Assembly: GCA_013265495.1 (NCBI GenBank)
Contig: MU058009.1
Span: forward strand, 124,001 to 186,000
DNA: 62,000 nt
Origin: Vicugna vicugna
Taxonomy: Eukaryota
Direction: 5' to 3'
Position numbers and translations under genes: made by a program. A model generated the notes under the pieces. It was not told the origin of the DNA. It did not search any database and saw only the letters and a list, made by a program, of their open reading frames with translations. Shown piece after piece: positions 37,593 to 50,461 of this stretch (position 1 is the first letter of the stretch; every line of letters starts with the position of its first letter).

Positions 37593-38094
37593 ACTTGAAA
37601 ATAATCTGTCAAATAATTTAAATAATCAGTCTACTGAAATCCCACTCATTCTATCAAAGGAGAGTTTGATAATTCCTTTGTGAAGTCTTCCCAGATTTTC
37701 TCAGTTGAAATTAACATTTTGTATCTTGTTTCAAGCACCTTTTTCATTCTGCCTTGTATGGTTGTGCAGTTTCTATGTTTTTTCTCTCCCATGGCTTCTG
37801 GAAGGCACAGATGATGTTTTAAACCTCCACTTTGTATCTATGGGATGCTTTTATACATAGTACGAATTTAATGATGATTTGGTGTAGAGAGGGGTGAGTG
37901 AATTAATGAGAAGCATCCACTCACTGACTGCATTCTGACATCAGTGCAAATGCTTCCGGGAAGCTGACCTCTGTGCTTCCAGGTCCAAGTCTTTGCATCT
38001 GTTTCTGCTGTTGGATGCTGTTGGGTTGCTGAAGTTTGATTAGATGGAATTTGGCCAGGAATGCCTGAATCCAGTTTAAACCAGCCTTCCCAAA

Positions 38095-38232
38095 GCCCCA
38101 CGCGCCTCAGCACTTGAAGTGAGCCTAGTGCCACGGAGGAGCTGTATTTTTAGTTTTATTTAATTTTAATTTAATTTGAAATTAAAATTAAAGAGCCACT
38201 TGTGGCTGGTGGCTGCCACACTGAACCGAGAG
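38095..38232. mobile_element. MER3-like hAT MITE fragment
   Basis: agcacttgaagtgagcctagtgcc...ttttatttaattttaatttaatttgaaattaaaattaaagagccacttgtggctggtggctgccac. Confidence 0.75.
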
Positions 38233-39009
38233 CTCTGGAGGCCCCCCTGGGAGTCCTCAGAGACCCCATCACCCAGGGCAGCGCTGAGGGCCTGCGACCA
38301 AAGCCTATTCTGTATCAAATGAGGCAGCTCACAAGTTATTCCAGAGACTCACATTCGTTCAGAGGAAAATGGGATCTATTTTTAATGCATTCTTATTTAT
38401 TTATTTATTTTTTGGTACTGATGTGGGTATAAAATTGATGATGACTCTCTATTAACCGGAATGCAAGACTGACTAGCGGAGAGCCTCTCCCTGGCCCCGC
38501 TGGGGAACGTGAGTAATTTTGCTCAGTTCACCGCCTGCTGAGTAGATCCTGGTCCATCCCGTCCTGGGTCCTGTTTCTGGGCCACACCCTACATGGTGCA
38601 TTTTCATACCAGACAGTGAGTGGCAGGGAGAGTTCAGCTCCAAGCTCTGGGTTCTTTACAATAGATCCGCTGTTAGCAGGGAAGGACACGCTGCCCCCTC
38701 GTCTAGGCCAAATCGACTAAATTGTCCAAACCCTTCCAAGGCCTGAAACCTCACCTAAAGCCCGTTCAAGTCTGCCCTTGATGCCTCCACTGGCAGGACT
38801 GGGATCTCCTTTCTGCATCTCCTTTTCCCGTTTCTGTTTCTAGTTTAACCCTCGTTCCCCACTGTGAGCTCCCAGAAGGCAGGTCTGGGGTTGGCGGGAT
38901 CAGGGACAGCAGATTCAATGCAGGTAATGTGAGCCCATCGATCGGGGCTGGTGGCCACACTGCCCGAAGGGAGCAGGCCTCACACAATTGTTGCCAAGCA
39001 GGCGAATGC

Positions 39010-39195
39010 GCCTGATGTTGCCAGATCTCTGCAACAGAAGCCAGAAATCTGAATTTTTAAAACAAAACCCTCCAGAATCTTAAATGTTGGTGACGAATTA
39101 AAAAAAAATCTCTTAAGATGCTCTGGGCATCAACCAGACATGTCTATGTATGAGTGCGGATCTGGCCTGCCAGCTGCTGGTTGCCACTCGTGACC
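39010..39195. mobile_element. MER102-like hAT fragment
   Basis: tgttgccagatctc...agaagccagaaatctgaattttt...ttaaatgttggtgacgaatt...ggatctggcctgccagctgctggttgcc. Confidence 0.65.
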
Positions 39196-39744
39196 TGGGC
39201 GCGGGGAGTCGTAGGGTGTCTGCCCACTCTGATGGCCTCTCATTCTTTGGGAGACCCCACAGTCCCTCGTACAGAGTAGGCATTTGACATCTCTTGTTGG
39301 ACAGAGTTCCAGGCTTCTCATGTGTGCAAGGCTCAGGGCCCTGTCCTGGAAATGCTGCCCACAGCCCCCTAGCCCATTCCCCTGGGTCAGATAAGATGGG
39401 GCAGCTCCTCTGTCCAGTGGCCGTAGGAAGAAGCCATCCCCTCTGGGCGGGCACACCTCAGAGGGAGGGAAAGCGATTCAATTAAGCGCTGGTTCACAGC
39501 AAGTGCTAAAATCCTCCCTCCAGAGAACCATTTCCTGCTATGGATTTTTAAGACCAGCGACTGGAGAATCACTCTCCTTTTTTCTTCTTTTGGTGCTGTG
39601 CCTCTAGTCAATAAATAAGTGGGAAATAAAGGATTTGCAAGAAAATAGAATGCAGTCAAAAGGTAAATTGTGGGCTTAAAAGCCCCTAAGAGACTGGCAC
39701 AGACTTGGAAACGTTTCCTGGTTTGACGTACTCTCCCACGCTCC

Positions 39745-40116
39745 GATGTGCATCTTGGAAAGGTAATCTTTAAAACTGATTTCCCTCGGTTGCGTTTCAT
39801 TGGTGTAGAAACCGAACAGGCTGCTGCATTACAGTAATAACTTCAACATTTCACCCACCTTCGCCTTAATTATTTTTCTGTCTTGCCAATGGAACCCATT
39901 TAATAAGATTTATAGGTGGTGGGGAGGTGGGGCGAGCGGGTGTGTAGCTCAGATAATGGGCCAGGTTGATTTCCCCTCACTGGGTGTCACAGGTACAAAA
40001 ACATGAACTAAAAGCTTTGGAGCACTTAGGTAATAATAATGTCAACATTTCACCTGCCTTCCCCTTAGTTATTTTTCTCTCCCACTCTTGCCACCTGAAC
40101 CTGTTCAGATAAGATT
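39745..40116. repeat. Ancient diverged two-copy tandem duplication, period about 195-200 bp
   Basis: Copy A 39745-39912 and copy B 39941-40116 share tgatttccc, gtaataa, tcaacatttcacc, ccttc.cctta.ttatttttct, tcttgcca, gaacc and ataagatt in the same order. Confidence 0.8.
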
Positions 40117-40449
40117 CCCACACAGATAAAAACCAAGGGCTCTCATTCTCTTAGGCAGATAAGCTGCAGCTTTCCTGCGATTCTGTGTGAAAAGGGAGCT
40201 GCGAGTGGTGCAGAGGCGTTCTCTCAGATCCTTCTGGGGCAGTTTCAGAGCCTGCGGGTCCCACATGAACCAATGGCCGTGGGAAAGGGAGGCACGTGAC
40301 TGCGAAGGCCGCTGCGGGCACTGGGAGGGGCACCCTGGCCTGGATGCAGAGGAGGGGCCATCTCTATACACTTGCTCTCTCCTGTAGATGCTTCTAACTT
40401 GGGGTGAATGAGTCTTATTGGATTGGCAGGGCGGGGTCCTGACTACACA

Positions 40450-40969
40450 TGCTGAGGTGGGAAGCCCCATGAAAAAGACAGCAGGACCCCCAGGCAGGGC
40501 CACTACCCTCCTGCCAGCACCATTCGGTTCCCTGGCCCTGCAGCATTATTTTGCTTTTTAAACTCTGAAATGGCTTACTTCTAGGAAAGTGGAACTTATC
40601 CCTAAGATTCTATTGGTTATTCTATTGGTGAGCTAACTCTTGATTGGTCCATTTGTAGTGCTTCATTTGCATGGATCTCACTCCTGATTGGTCCATTTCT
40701 ACAAAGCTTGTTCCTAATTAGTCACCTTTGTTATATCTTATTTACATATGATGTTGCACAATGTTGCAAAGTCTAGACTGGTAGCCTATAAAGGCCTGTG
40801 TAAAGCTATAGGCAGGGTCCAGAGCCTGGAGTGTTAACTCCTCTGGGCCCGCTGGAGTGATAAACCTGAGTTCTCCAGCCCTCTGAGTGCTGCTTGGTGT
40901 CTTGCTCGGATCCAGGTTGCTGTCATAACTGAGCTGTAACACTGAGCTGTAACACACTTTGCCGCAACA
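40450..40969 (+). mobile_element. Endogenous retrovirus solo LTR (5' boundary uncertain)
   Basis: Four ATTGG (CCAAT) boxes 40612-40691, ATTTGCAT 40665-40672, TATAAA 40787-40792, poly(A)-signal variant GATAAA 40859-40864, repeat actgagctgtaac x2, terminal ...gcaaCA. Confidence 0.75.
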
Positions 40970-41173
40970 ATACCACTGGGCTTACCCCCGAGATGGTGGG
41001 AAAAGCAGCTGGGATAGCTCCAAATTTACTGCTAGTTTGCTGTGTGGCCTTGGGGAAGTCGTTCAACCCTTCTGAGCCATAGTTTCCTACAAATGAAGAG
41101 GTTGGTCTAGATTAGGCGTTCTTAAATTCTGGGGAGCTTACTGACTGACTCCTTTGAAAATGTGAAACCTCTC

Positions 41174-41346
41174 TTACAAACTTTAGGCATAAAATCCGCT
41201 ACAAGGATGTATTGTACAACATGGGGAATGTGGCCAATATTTTATAATAACTATAAATGGAGCATAACCTTTAAAACTTGTGAATCACTATATTGTACAC
41301 CTGTCACATATAGTATTATACAGCAACTATACTGCAATAAAAAAAA
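41174..41346 (+). mobile_element. Short L1 3' end with degenerate TSD, nested in a MER103-like hAT remnant (about 41113-41410)
   Basis: gctacaaggatgtattgtacaacatggggaat...tgtgaatcactatattgtacacctg plus poly(A); TSD aaaatgtgaaacctctc / aaaaagtgaagcctctc. Confidence 0.85.
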
Positions 41347-44300
41347 GTGAAGCCTCTCCCCAGAAACGCACATCTTCATTCAGAGTTTTGCACCCAATTT
41401 TATAGGGAGAAAAGGCTTCAGGCCCAAATCCTTGGCATCGTCCTTGGCTCCTCTCCTTCTGTCATACCACCGTCCACTGCCCCCACTGCTACCATCCTAG
41501 CCCAAGCCCCCTCACCTCTCATCTGTATTACTGTCAGAGCCTCTTCCTCTGTGCGCAGAGAGACGGGAAGTGAGCAGGGGTGTGTTTGGGGCAGAGCAGG
41601 GCCATCTCTTCTGAGGGGTTGGCTGTGTGGCCACCAGCCGGCTCCCCCGTGTCCTGCCTTCCACTCCAGAGGCTACAGTGGTGAAGTGGTGTCCCCTGCC
41701 CCGGGTGATTTCTCAGCTGCTAACATGGCTCCTGACACATTTACATATGGAAAGTTCCCCCTTTCTATAAACATTTACAAACACCTTGATCAACTTGTGA
41801 ACATGCGACACTGTTTTGGAAGCCAGCCTTCGTGGGCTGTGGGGCTCCGTTAGCTATTTTCGTGGGTTGGAGGCAGCTGTGTGGGCTTCTGGGGGCCTAT
41901 GATCCTCCCGCTTAGGAAAACCCTCACATGGGCAGAATAATTAAGAGGCCCAGAGCGATGGGAAAAGAAGCAGCGGGCAGTCCCCTGACAATAAGGCTTA
42001 ATGGGATGGGAAATGGATGCTGTGGCGCTGGGGGCCCTGGCTCCAAGGCGCGTCAGGGGAACAGGGCTGCGGGGACAGGGTTTCTGCAGCCTTCGGGTCA
42101 TCATGCAGGCCGCCTCTCTGACTCTGGGGGTCTGGGCAGCCGGAGGGTTCAGACAGGGCTCCCAGAGCCCCCGGGGGCTGGAAGGAGACCTGTGATCTTA
42201 AGGGGAGGAGTAATTCTGAGCAGAACTTTGGGAAAGGGGAGGGGCATGACTTGATCCAGAAAGACCTGAATTCAGGTTCTAGCTCTCTTTCTTTCTTGTG
42301 TGACCACGGGCTCTTTGTGGGTCAGCCCCTCACCTGTAAAAGGAGACTTTGTGTCCTCTGCCTCTGTGTCGTCCTGCGCGGCCCAGGACAAGGGATCTCT
42401 TGGGGACCGCTCCAGAGAGTCTGCTTGGGGTGGCACGACTACATCTCTAACCTTCCTCCTAAAACTACACCTTCCCCTGCCCATTGGCTGCTGGGGATAC
42501 TTCCATTTAGTGGCATTTTCCTTTCTCATTTCATGCTGTAATGGAGATTCATTGCTAGTTTTAAATCCATAATTTGCCATGAAGCCCTCGTCTCAGGCCG
42601 GGGCTGAGGTCGGAGCGGAGAAGCAGTGAGTTATTCTTACCCCGAGAGGTCTCCCTGCCCCGCTCCGGCCTCTGGGGCTTTCCCCGGGGCTGGCCCTGGG
42701 CAGAGTCTTGGGGGTGACCCCCACGCTGCCCCCGAGGCTGGCCGCGAGAGGGGCTTCACCCCCGGGGGACTGACCGGCCCTGCCCTCCCTCTCAGTCAGC
42801 TGTGACTCTTCCCTCCACGTCATTTCTCACTGTGGGACTCGGTGGAGAAGTGGGCCTGATGCTGGGGGTCTCTTGCCCCGCCTACTCCATCCTTTTCTGA
42901 CAAGCAGGGGGGTCAATACTTTTGTCAGGTCACCAAAATGTATCCATTTCCCAATAGTGATTATTGTCTTGAGTGAGTGTTCTTGTGTCTCTCTGTGGTG
43001 GGGGTACTGATGAATTGGCCATGCTCTGAGTTGTGTGTGTGTGCGTGTGTGTGTGTACCTGCGTGCACACCAGTGCGTATGTCCTTGATGCATGGCGTCT
43101 CTGTGTCTGGATGCATGAACAGGGAGCCTGGTAAACAGCCAGTGGCCGGCTGGGCTTCCTGACTGGGGAGGCAGTAGGGCACCCCAACAGCAGGCGGCTC
43201 TGGCCTGTGTTTTCTCTGGCAGGAGGGATGCTGGAGGCCACGTCCCAGCCAGAGGAAGCAGCCGGTGATGGCAGAGTGGGTGAGGACCTCCTCAAGGCAG
43301 TTGCATTCTGAAAGTTATAAGAAACTGGCTTGAATTTCACGGGCAGCCGTGGAGCTGCTGGTTTCACGCTGAATGGCAGACACCAGAGGATCAAGGTCCT
43401 GACTTCTGCAAATCTCCATGGTCTGAGCCCGTGCTCCCTGGGGCTCAGCAGAGGAGCCTGTTCAGTGTCTCTTAGGGTCACGCTCGGTCACAGCAGCAGA
43501 AGGAAATATTATCCTTGCTCTTGGGAGCAAGGGAAGAACGGCTCAGGGAACAATGTCCCTCCTGCCCGACTCCTAAGCCGCGATGGAATGAGGGAGAACT
43601 GCAGTCAGACTGTGGGGTGGATTTGCACGTCAGCTTTCCAGCTCCCGGTTTTCCCGGGGAGAAGGAAAGCAGGCCTTAGATGTTAAGCATCACGGCCCCA
43701 TGTCTCACGGCTGGTCACTGGCAGGACCGGGGCAACAACACACGCCTCCGAAAGTCCAGGCCAGGGCCTTTGTCCTGCTCGGACCCGGAGAAATGCTGGT
43801 GCCCCAGGCATGGAGGAGGTGCACTCAGGATTGCAGGGCTGCCCGGGACAGCCTAAGTCATTTGGTGACGGCGGGGTGTACTGGGGGTCAGCAGAACTAG
43901 AAATGCAGCGGTGGGGGACAGGAGAGGGGGCTGAGCCTCCTGCATGCAGCAGACCCTGGGTGGGCTCCGACAGAACCTCCCTGTCTTCCCTTGCGCAGGT
44001 GTTGAAAGCAAGAGATGCTGAAACAGCAGAGGGGAGGGGCTGGCCCTGGGGTGGCGGTGTGGGTGTGGGTGTGCCTCCAGCAAGGCCACTTAGACAGCTT
44101 AGCTCTCCTCTCATCGGCCCAGTCTGTCCCCGCCTGCCCCCTGCCACCTACATCCAGGCCAAGAGGGACGCCCTGAGTTTGCCTCCATCCCTGAGGAATC
44201 CTCAGCCCTTCTGGAGCCTCGGGAGTCTCCCAGCATCTGTGAGTCTCCTTCCCTCCTTTCATTTCCCACCGTGATGGATGGGTCCCGGCTAGGGAGGAGC

Positions 44301-45289
44301 GGCCTCTCCTGACATCCCATGGAGGCTGAGATAAAGAACAGGGAGAGGGGAGGGGGCGGAGAGGCCACTCCTCTCCAAGCATCATGGCAAATTATAGGAA
44401 CAAGGAGGCTGAGGGGCCACAGGGGTTGATTTAGCGTGCAGCGGGACTCAGTGGCACTGCCCACAGTGACTCAGCTCTGAAGTCAACACACCTCCACCTG
44501 TGGCTACAGGGACCACCAGGGAGACCCTCCATCTCCCCTATCCTCCAGCGACAGCTCTGGGCAGCCTCTCAGGGGGACATACGGCACTGAACCCAAGTGT
44601 GGACCTCAGAGACCCCGACCCCACCCTCAGGGAGCTTAGAGTGTAATTTGGAAGAGAGGGACCATTGGTCTGCTTCAGGTAATTTAATGACACCTGCGCG
44701 AGCAGGTGGGCACAGAGCTAAACCAGGATCCCAGAGAGGGGAGAGCAGCGGCCAAAGAGAGGGTGAGGAGTGGAAACTGCTTCTGGCCCCAGGGACCGTG
44801 GGGGTGGCCTGAGTCCCCGAGAAGGGCGCCGCAGCAGGAAGGGCGAGGGCGGAGCGGTGGCAGGGGCGGGGGTGTGGGGGTGAGGCGCACGGGGGCTCAG
44901 GCACCGCCTCCCATCTGCGGCTTCAGGAGCCAGGGGTGCTTTTCTGCTCCTCCCTCCCATCTCTGGCTGGGTTGCTGCCCCTACATGAGGGTGACTGCAG
45001 GGTAATGAATGTGGCAGGAAACAGGCCCACAGCACAAATGCGATACGGCACCTCAGACCAGGCCGGGGCGCAGGCAAAACGCGCCTAATGAGGAGATAAG
45101 GAAGTCAATTCTGCGCGTCTTCCCAGGCGCGTGGGCCGGGAGAGGCTGCAGGATTCGTGCCTTCCTGCCTCCCTGCTGGATGGAGAAGCTTCCCTAGGAC
45201 CCAGGCCTGACTCCCCAGGGAGGAGAAGTCGCTTGTCCGTGCCTCTTAACACAGCAGGGATAGCAGCAGCAACAACCACAGGAATCAGT

Positions 45290-45555
45290 AACAGCCAGCG
45301 CTTACGTGCCCGGCCGCAAACGAGGCGCTGCTTTGAGAAGCGCCCTGCATGTATTATTTCATGAAACCTTCTCTACAACCTTAAGAGGGCAGGTGTGATT
45401 ATTCCCCCATTTTATACACGAGGAAACTGGGGCACAGAGGGGTGGAAAACTGTCCAAGATGTCACCACAGGTAAAAAGACACAGCCAGCTTTCAAGTGCA
45501 GGCAGGCTGGCTGGCAGCGTCTGGGCTCTTAACCGTGAAGCCACGTTGCTTCTCT
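45290..45555 (-). mobile_element. MIR SINE
   Basis: tgtattatttcatgaaaccttctctacaacc...ccccattttatacacgaggaaactggggcacagagggg...ccaagatgtcaccacag. Confidence 0.8.
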
Positions 45556-45689
45556 AAACCCAGCGCAACACAGCACAACAACACAACACCACTCTCACAC
45601 GTACTGAGGGCGTACTATCCGCCAGTGACTGTTCTGTGTGGTGAGGGTCAGTGTTGTCACCCTAATTAGCCCCAAGCCCTGTCACTAGG

Positions 45690-46010
45690 GTCACACGATG
45701 AACACTTACTAAGTACCTGGTATGTGTCTGCAGGCTGTGCCAGGTGTGAGGGGTGCCCGCTGCCTCGGGGAGACCCAGCAGGGGAGACAGACATGTGAAC
45801 GGTGACTTTCAACACAACAGTGTTGTGACTGAGGCGAGGACAAAAGGCTAAGGGAGCGCAGAGCGGGACGGCCAGGTCATGTGGGGTTCAGGGAGGGCTT
45901 CCAGGAGGAGGCGATGTCTAAGATGGATCCTGACAGGTGAGCACGAGGTAGCCAAGGGAAGAAAGGTGGGAAGCGCATCCCAGGCAGGAACACGCATGAG
46001 TGAAGGCACA
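45690..46010 (-). mobile_element. L2 fragment
   Basis: acacttactaagtacctggtatgtg..., ggggagacagacatgtgaac, cagggagggcttccaggaggaggcgatgtctaagatgg, agcgcatcccaggcaggaac. Confidence 0.7.
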
Positions 46011-46699
46011 GAGGTGTGTGAGTGCAGGGCGCTGCGCGCTGGCCGTTATCCTGGACCTGGGGCTGCAGAGGAAGCAGAGGGCAGGCCCGAGGGGGTCCCA
46101 TGTGCCGCGGACAGAGCTTGGGTTTTGTTCTGTGGAGGTGCTTCCTTACCCCTGAAGAGCGGCTCAGACTATCCCCTACCGACAGGGCGACTGGCTGGCT
46201 TTCTTGCCACCAGTTTCTGGAAGAATGATCTTAGAAGCCAGCGCTCTTGGCTCTGCTTCAGCTCTGCCTTCCCTGGCTGTGTGACCTGAGTCATGCACTG
46301 TTTCTCTGGACCCACCTACCCAGGAGGTCAGGGGGTTGGAAACTGGGGGTTTCCAACTGCCAGCCCTGTGGACTTAGGAGTCCTTACCCTGCAGCTCCCC
46401 TGCTGGAAGATTTGCAGGTGAAGCTTGTGGTTTTGAAAAATGCACCAGGTAAGGACACATCTGGGCCTTATCCGTTTGCCCCTAAGTATCTGAGGCTTGA
46501 CGTCATTTTAAAGACTCCCTCTTTACTTGACTTGTCTTACTCTCCATCGTTAAACGATTCATGTTGATTTAGGAAGCTTTATTTCTAATGGGAGCCATAA
46601 GATAGCAGAGTTTGTATTAGAACACAGGCCCAGAAGAAGAGGGAAATGGGGTAGGAAGACTGGGAAAAATCCCCTGTTTAATAATTAACCAGACATCCA

Positions 46700-46960
46700 C
46701 CATCCTCCCCTGCCTGCTTCCAAACCCCCTTACCCTGCTCTACTTTATCATTTTTGCAGCACACGTTACCCTCTGACATCCTACGCAGCTCTGCAATGCA
46801 CTTGCTTAACGTTTCTTCTTTACCGTCTCTCCCTCTGCTAGAACACAAGCTCCCCCAGGGCAGGAGTGCTTTTCCCTCTCATTTACTGATCAACCTCCAG
46901 TGCCTTGATCAGTGCCTGGCATACAATAGGTACTCAGTAAAGACTTGTTGATCGAATCCT
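46700..46960 (+). mobile_element. L2 3' end
   Basis: gctagaacacaagctcccccagggcagg...cagtgcctggcatacaataggtactcagtaaagacttgttgatcgaat. Confidence 0.8.
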
Positions 46961-47158
46961 TGGTGCCCATGTCCTCCTGTTCTGGGTCCCCCAAATCCTT
47001 GCCTTGCAAGTTTTCAGGAAGTTAGAAGCATCAAATGCAGTATCACCCTTACAGCTCTGATCCTGGAACAGTTTTGGTTCTTTTCAACACTGGGGTTCCT
47101 GCAGGTGGGAGGAGCAGCAGTGTGCGTGGGTGTGTACTCTGAAAGTGCATGGCCCTTA

Positions 47159-47182
47159 GTGTGTGTGTGTGTGTGTGTGTGT
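47159..47182. repeat. (GT)12 microsatellite
   Basis: Read directly. Confidence 0.95.
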
Positions 47183-47789
47183 TAGTCTCATATTTACAAC
47201 AATTCTAGGAGTTGCTATTTTTATTATCTCCATTTTATAGGTGAGGAATTATTCATTCATTCACTCATACATTTATTAAAAGTCCCCAGTGTTACTGAGC
47301 ACCTGTCCTGGACTAAGTGCTGGTCATAGAGTTGAACCAGAGGACCAGGGGGAGCTCCAAGGACCTTGGCCAAGGTCACACAGTGAGTAAGCTGCGTGCA
47401 GGTATTCTGGGTTCCAGCCCCAGCCCCTCCTCCTGCACCACCGCTCTGCGCACGTTGCAGAGGTCCTATGCTGTGTCCCTGCAGTGATGGCTGGGTGTAC
47501 ATGGAAGCTGGGTACTGAGGTGGCACTTTGGGGCAAAGGTGCGCAGCCACATCCAGAATCCCAGGGCTGGGCAGGAGTTTGAAAGGTCCCGTCTGCAGCC
47601 TCAGAGTGAGATGGTGCCTAAAATACCCCCATCAGTTACGGTCTATGCCTCAGATACCATGAGAATTCGGGTTCCCTGGGGGATTTTCCTCAAATATTTG
47701 GTGGAGCAAATTGGGCTCCTTATTATGTGGATGTCGTGGCTTTCTGGGAGCTGGACAGTTCTTAATAATAATAGGTCAAATAATAAGAG

Positions 47790-47935
47790 ATCATTTGGTT
47801 TATCACCACCTTCATTTTACAGGTGAGGAAGCTGAGACCCAGAGAGGTTGGGCAACAAGGCCAAGATCACACAGCTGATTAATACAGGACCTCAAGACTG
47901 CTGCCTCCAAGCCTGCTGCTCTGTCTCTGATACCA
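47790..47935 (-). mobile_element. MIR SINE
   Basis: ttcattttacaggtgaggaagctgagacccagagaggttgggcaacaaggccaagatcacacagctgatt. Confidence 0.8.
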
Positions 47936-49804
47936 TGATACCTGAGATGTTCTGGAGGTAGAAAGGTGCCCAGTCCTTGCCTCACTCAGCTTCCCACGAT
48001 CTGCCCCGGCACCTCTCCCTTTCGGTCCCCTGGCTCCCTCCCTCTGCCTCCGCGGGATACCAAACGCTCAGCTCACAGTTGCTCCTTGCCTGATTGCTTC
48101 TGAGAGCTGGAAACACAAGGCTAATGAATGTGTCTGTGACTCTAGGCTTGGCTGCCGGGCCCGGGTCCCCATGCCCTGCCTGGAGCGCGGCAGACTCCGC
48201 GAGCCGGCCCCCTGGCTTCTCCATGCAGGCTGCTGGCAGATGCATATTTTAACAGTGCACATCTGTTGGCTATGTAATCTCTCATATTTGCCCTTTCCAC
48301 TTGGTGCTTTGATGGAAGACCCCGGGGGTCTCCCTCTGTTCCCGTCAAAGTGTTTGCTTTGCAGTTTTGCCAGAATACCATCTGATTCTGCTCTCACTTC
48401 TTCTGCAGGTTCTAATCAGGCTCTTACTTTATTTAATTAAAAATCTATCTCAGACAAATACAGACTAAATTAAGAAGCTCTCTCATTCCTGGAGCACGGG
48501 GAAGGCAGCCCCTCTTGGGGAGCCGGCTGGGACATCTTCCCAGGCTGAGATGTCACAGCGAAACAGCAGATGGGACCTTGGTTGGGAAGCTGACTGGCCA
48601 AGGTAGAAACACCCCCTCTCCTCTGCTGGAACAGGACCCCTGTCTATCCATCACCGTGAACAGACCAGGGCTCCACTTCTAGAAGCCTGGGTCAGCTTCT
48701 GCACGCAGGGCCTCCCTCCAGGGCAGCAGGTGGGGCTGCGTACCTCGCAGAAACAGCCAGAGCCCTGCAGGCCCAGCCCCTACAGGCCCAACCCGGGGGC
48801 GGGGACCTAGGATGGCCTTGAGGAGTCAGGGAGGACTGTAGGCCGGACCTAGGGAAGCTCTTTCCTGCCTGGGGTTAGTTTGTTCAGGAGGAATGGTTTT
48901 TGTGGAGTCTGTATGAAAGGCTGATGGACAAGCGTCAGCTCCGGTCCCCTTCCAGGCTCAGGGAGTCCACCCAGGCCATCCTGCTGGGGTCTCCTAGAAG
49001 CTCTGCCTTCCGCCTCTTCACCTGATCTCCAGGCATGTAAAATATCTCTCCCCCAACAGACCAGCTCAGTGCCCAGGAGGCAGTGCCAGGTCAGGCCAGT
49101 GGAGTCGGGGTGCGGGGGTGGCGAGCCTTTTATATGTGACCCAAGACAAAATTAAGTCTCTTGAGATCAGATCCCAAGACCTGGCTCTGAGTCTTGGCTT
49201 TTAGCCAGCCAGACGAAGGAGATTCTGCTTGCTTTTAGAAACTCGGAGACTGGGCAGGAAGCATTGGTTTGGAGTTGGAAAATCTGGGGACTATTCTGAG
49301 GGTTAATTGAGCTGTGTGACCTCCCATGAGAGCCTTTACCTCTCTGAGTCTCAATGTCCTTATCTGTAAATAATTTGGGATAATGTGGACTTTGTTATCT
49401 AACAGAGATTGTGGGAAGGAAAGGAGGCTGTAAGTGGCCGGATATGACTAGGAGAAGCTCCGATACCAGGACGGGAACTTAAGGATGAGAGGCGTCTCCA
49501 TCTGTTTTCGGTCCTGCATGAGGTCAGGAGTGGGTACTGCTCAGATTCCTCCCATTTTAGCATCTCTGGGACCCTCAAGAAGGAGTACAAAGTGGGTGGG
49601 GGTAGGGGGGCTGTAAAATCTCTGGAGATGAAGATTCTACAACTCTGCTCAGCAAATCTGTTCTGGTCTTTTGCAATCCTCAAAAATCAGAAAATATATT
49701 AGACACTAAATCCTCCATCTCTCCTCCCTCAGTAACTATACCAATTGCAGACCTGGTCCCATTTTAGCCACCATCTCAGGAGAGATGAAGGCGTCAACCT
49801 CTCT

Positions 49805-50461
49805 TCTCAAAAAAACTAAAAACAGGCTTATCCTATGATCCAGCAATCCCATTCCTGGGCATATATCTGGAGGGAACTCTAACTTGAAAAGACACATGCA
49901 CCCCAATGTTCATAGCAGCACTATTTACAATAGCCAAGACATGGAAGCAACCTAAACGTCCATTGACAGATGACTGGAAAAAAGAAGTTGTGGTATGTTT
50001 ATACAATGGAATACTACTCAGCCATAAAAAAGCATAAAATGATGCCATTTGCAGCAACATGGACGGACCTAGAGATCATCATTCTAAGTGAAGTAAGCCA
50101 GAATGAGAAAGAAAAATACCATATGATATATGTGGAATCTAAAAATAAGATACAAATGAACTTATTTACAAAACAGACTTATAGACATAGAAAACAAACT
50201 CATGGTTACCAGTAGGGGGAAGAGGGTGAGAAGGGATAAAATGGGAGTTCAAGATCTGCAGATACTACTATATATAAAATAGATAAACAAGTTTCTACTG
50301 TACGGCACAGGGAACTATATTCAATATCTTGTAGTAGCCTATAATGAAAAATAATCTGAAAAGGAATATATATGTATGTTCATGTATGACTGAAACATGC
50401 TATGCACCAGAAATTAACGCAACATTGTAAACTGTATTTCAAAAAAAAGGAAAAAAAAAAA
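49805..50461 (+). mobile_element. 5'-truncated young L1 (ORF2 end, 3' UTR, poly(A))
   Basis: ORF 49970(+) KKLWYVYTMEYYSAIKKHKMMPFAATWTDLEIIILSEVSQ is the L1 ORF2 C-terminus; possible degenerate TSD aaggcgtcaacctc / aagacggcagcctc. Confidence 0.93.

Noticed and set aside
41590..41850. Possible additional DNA-transposon remnant
   Set aside because: The resemblance was too weak to assign a family or boundaries.
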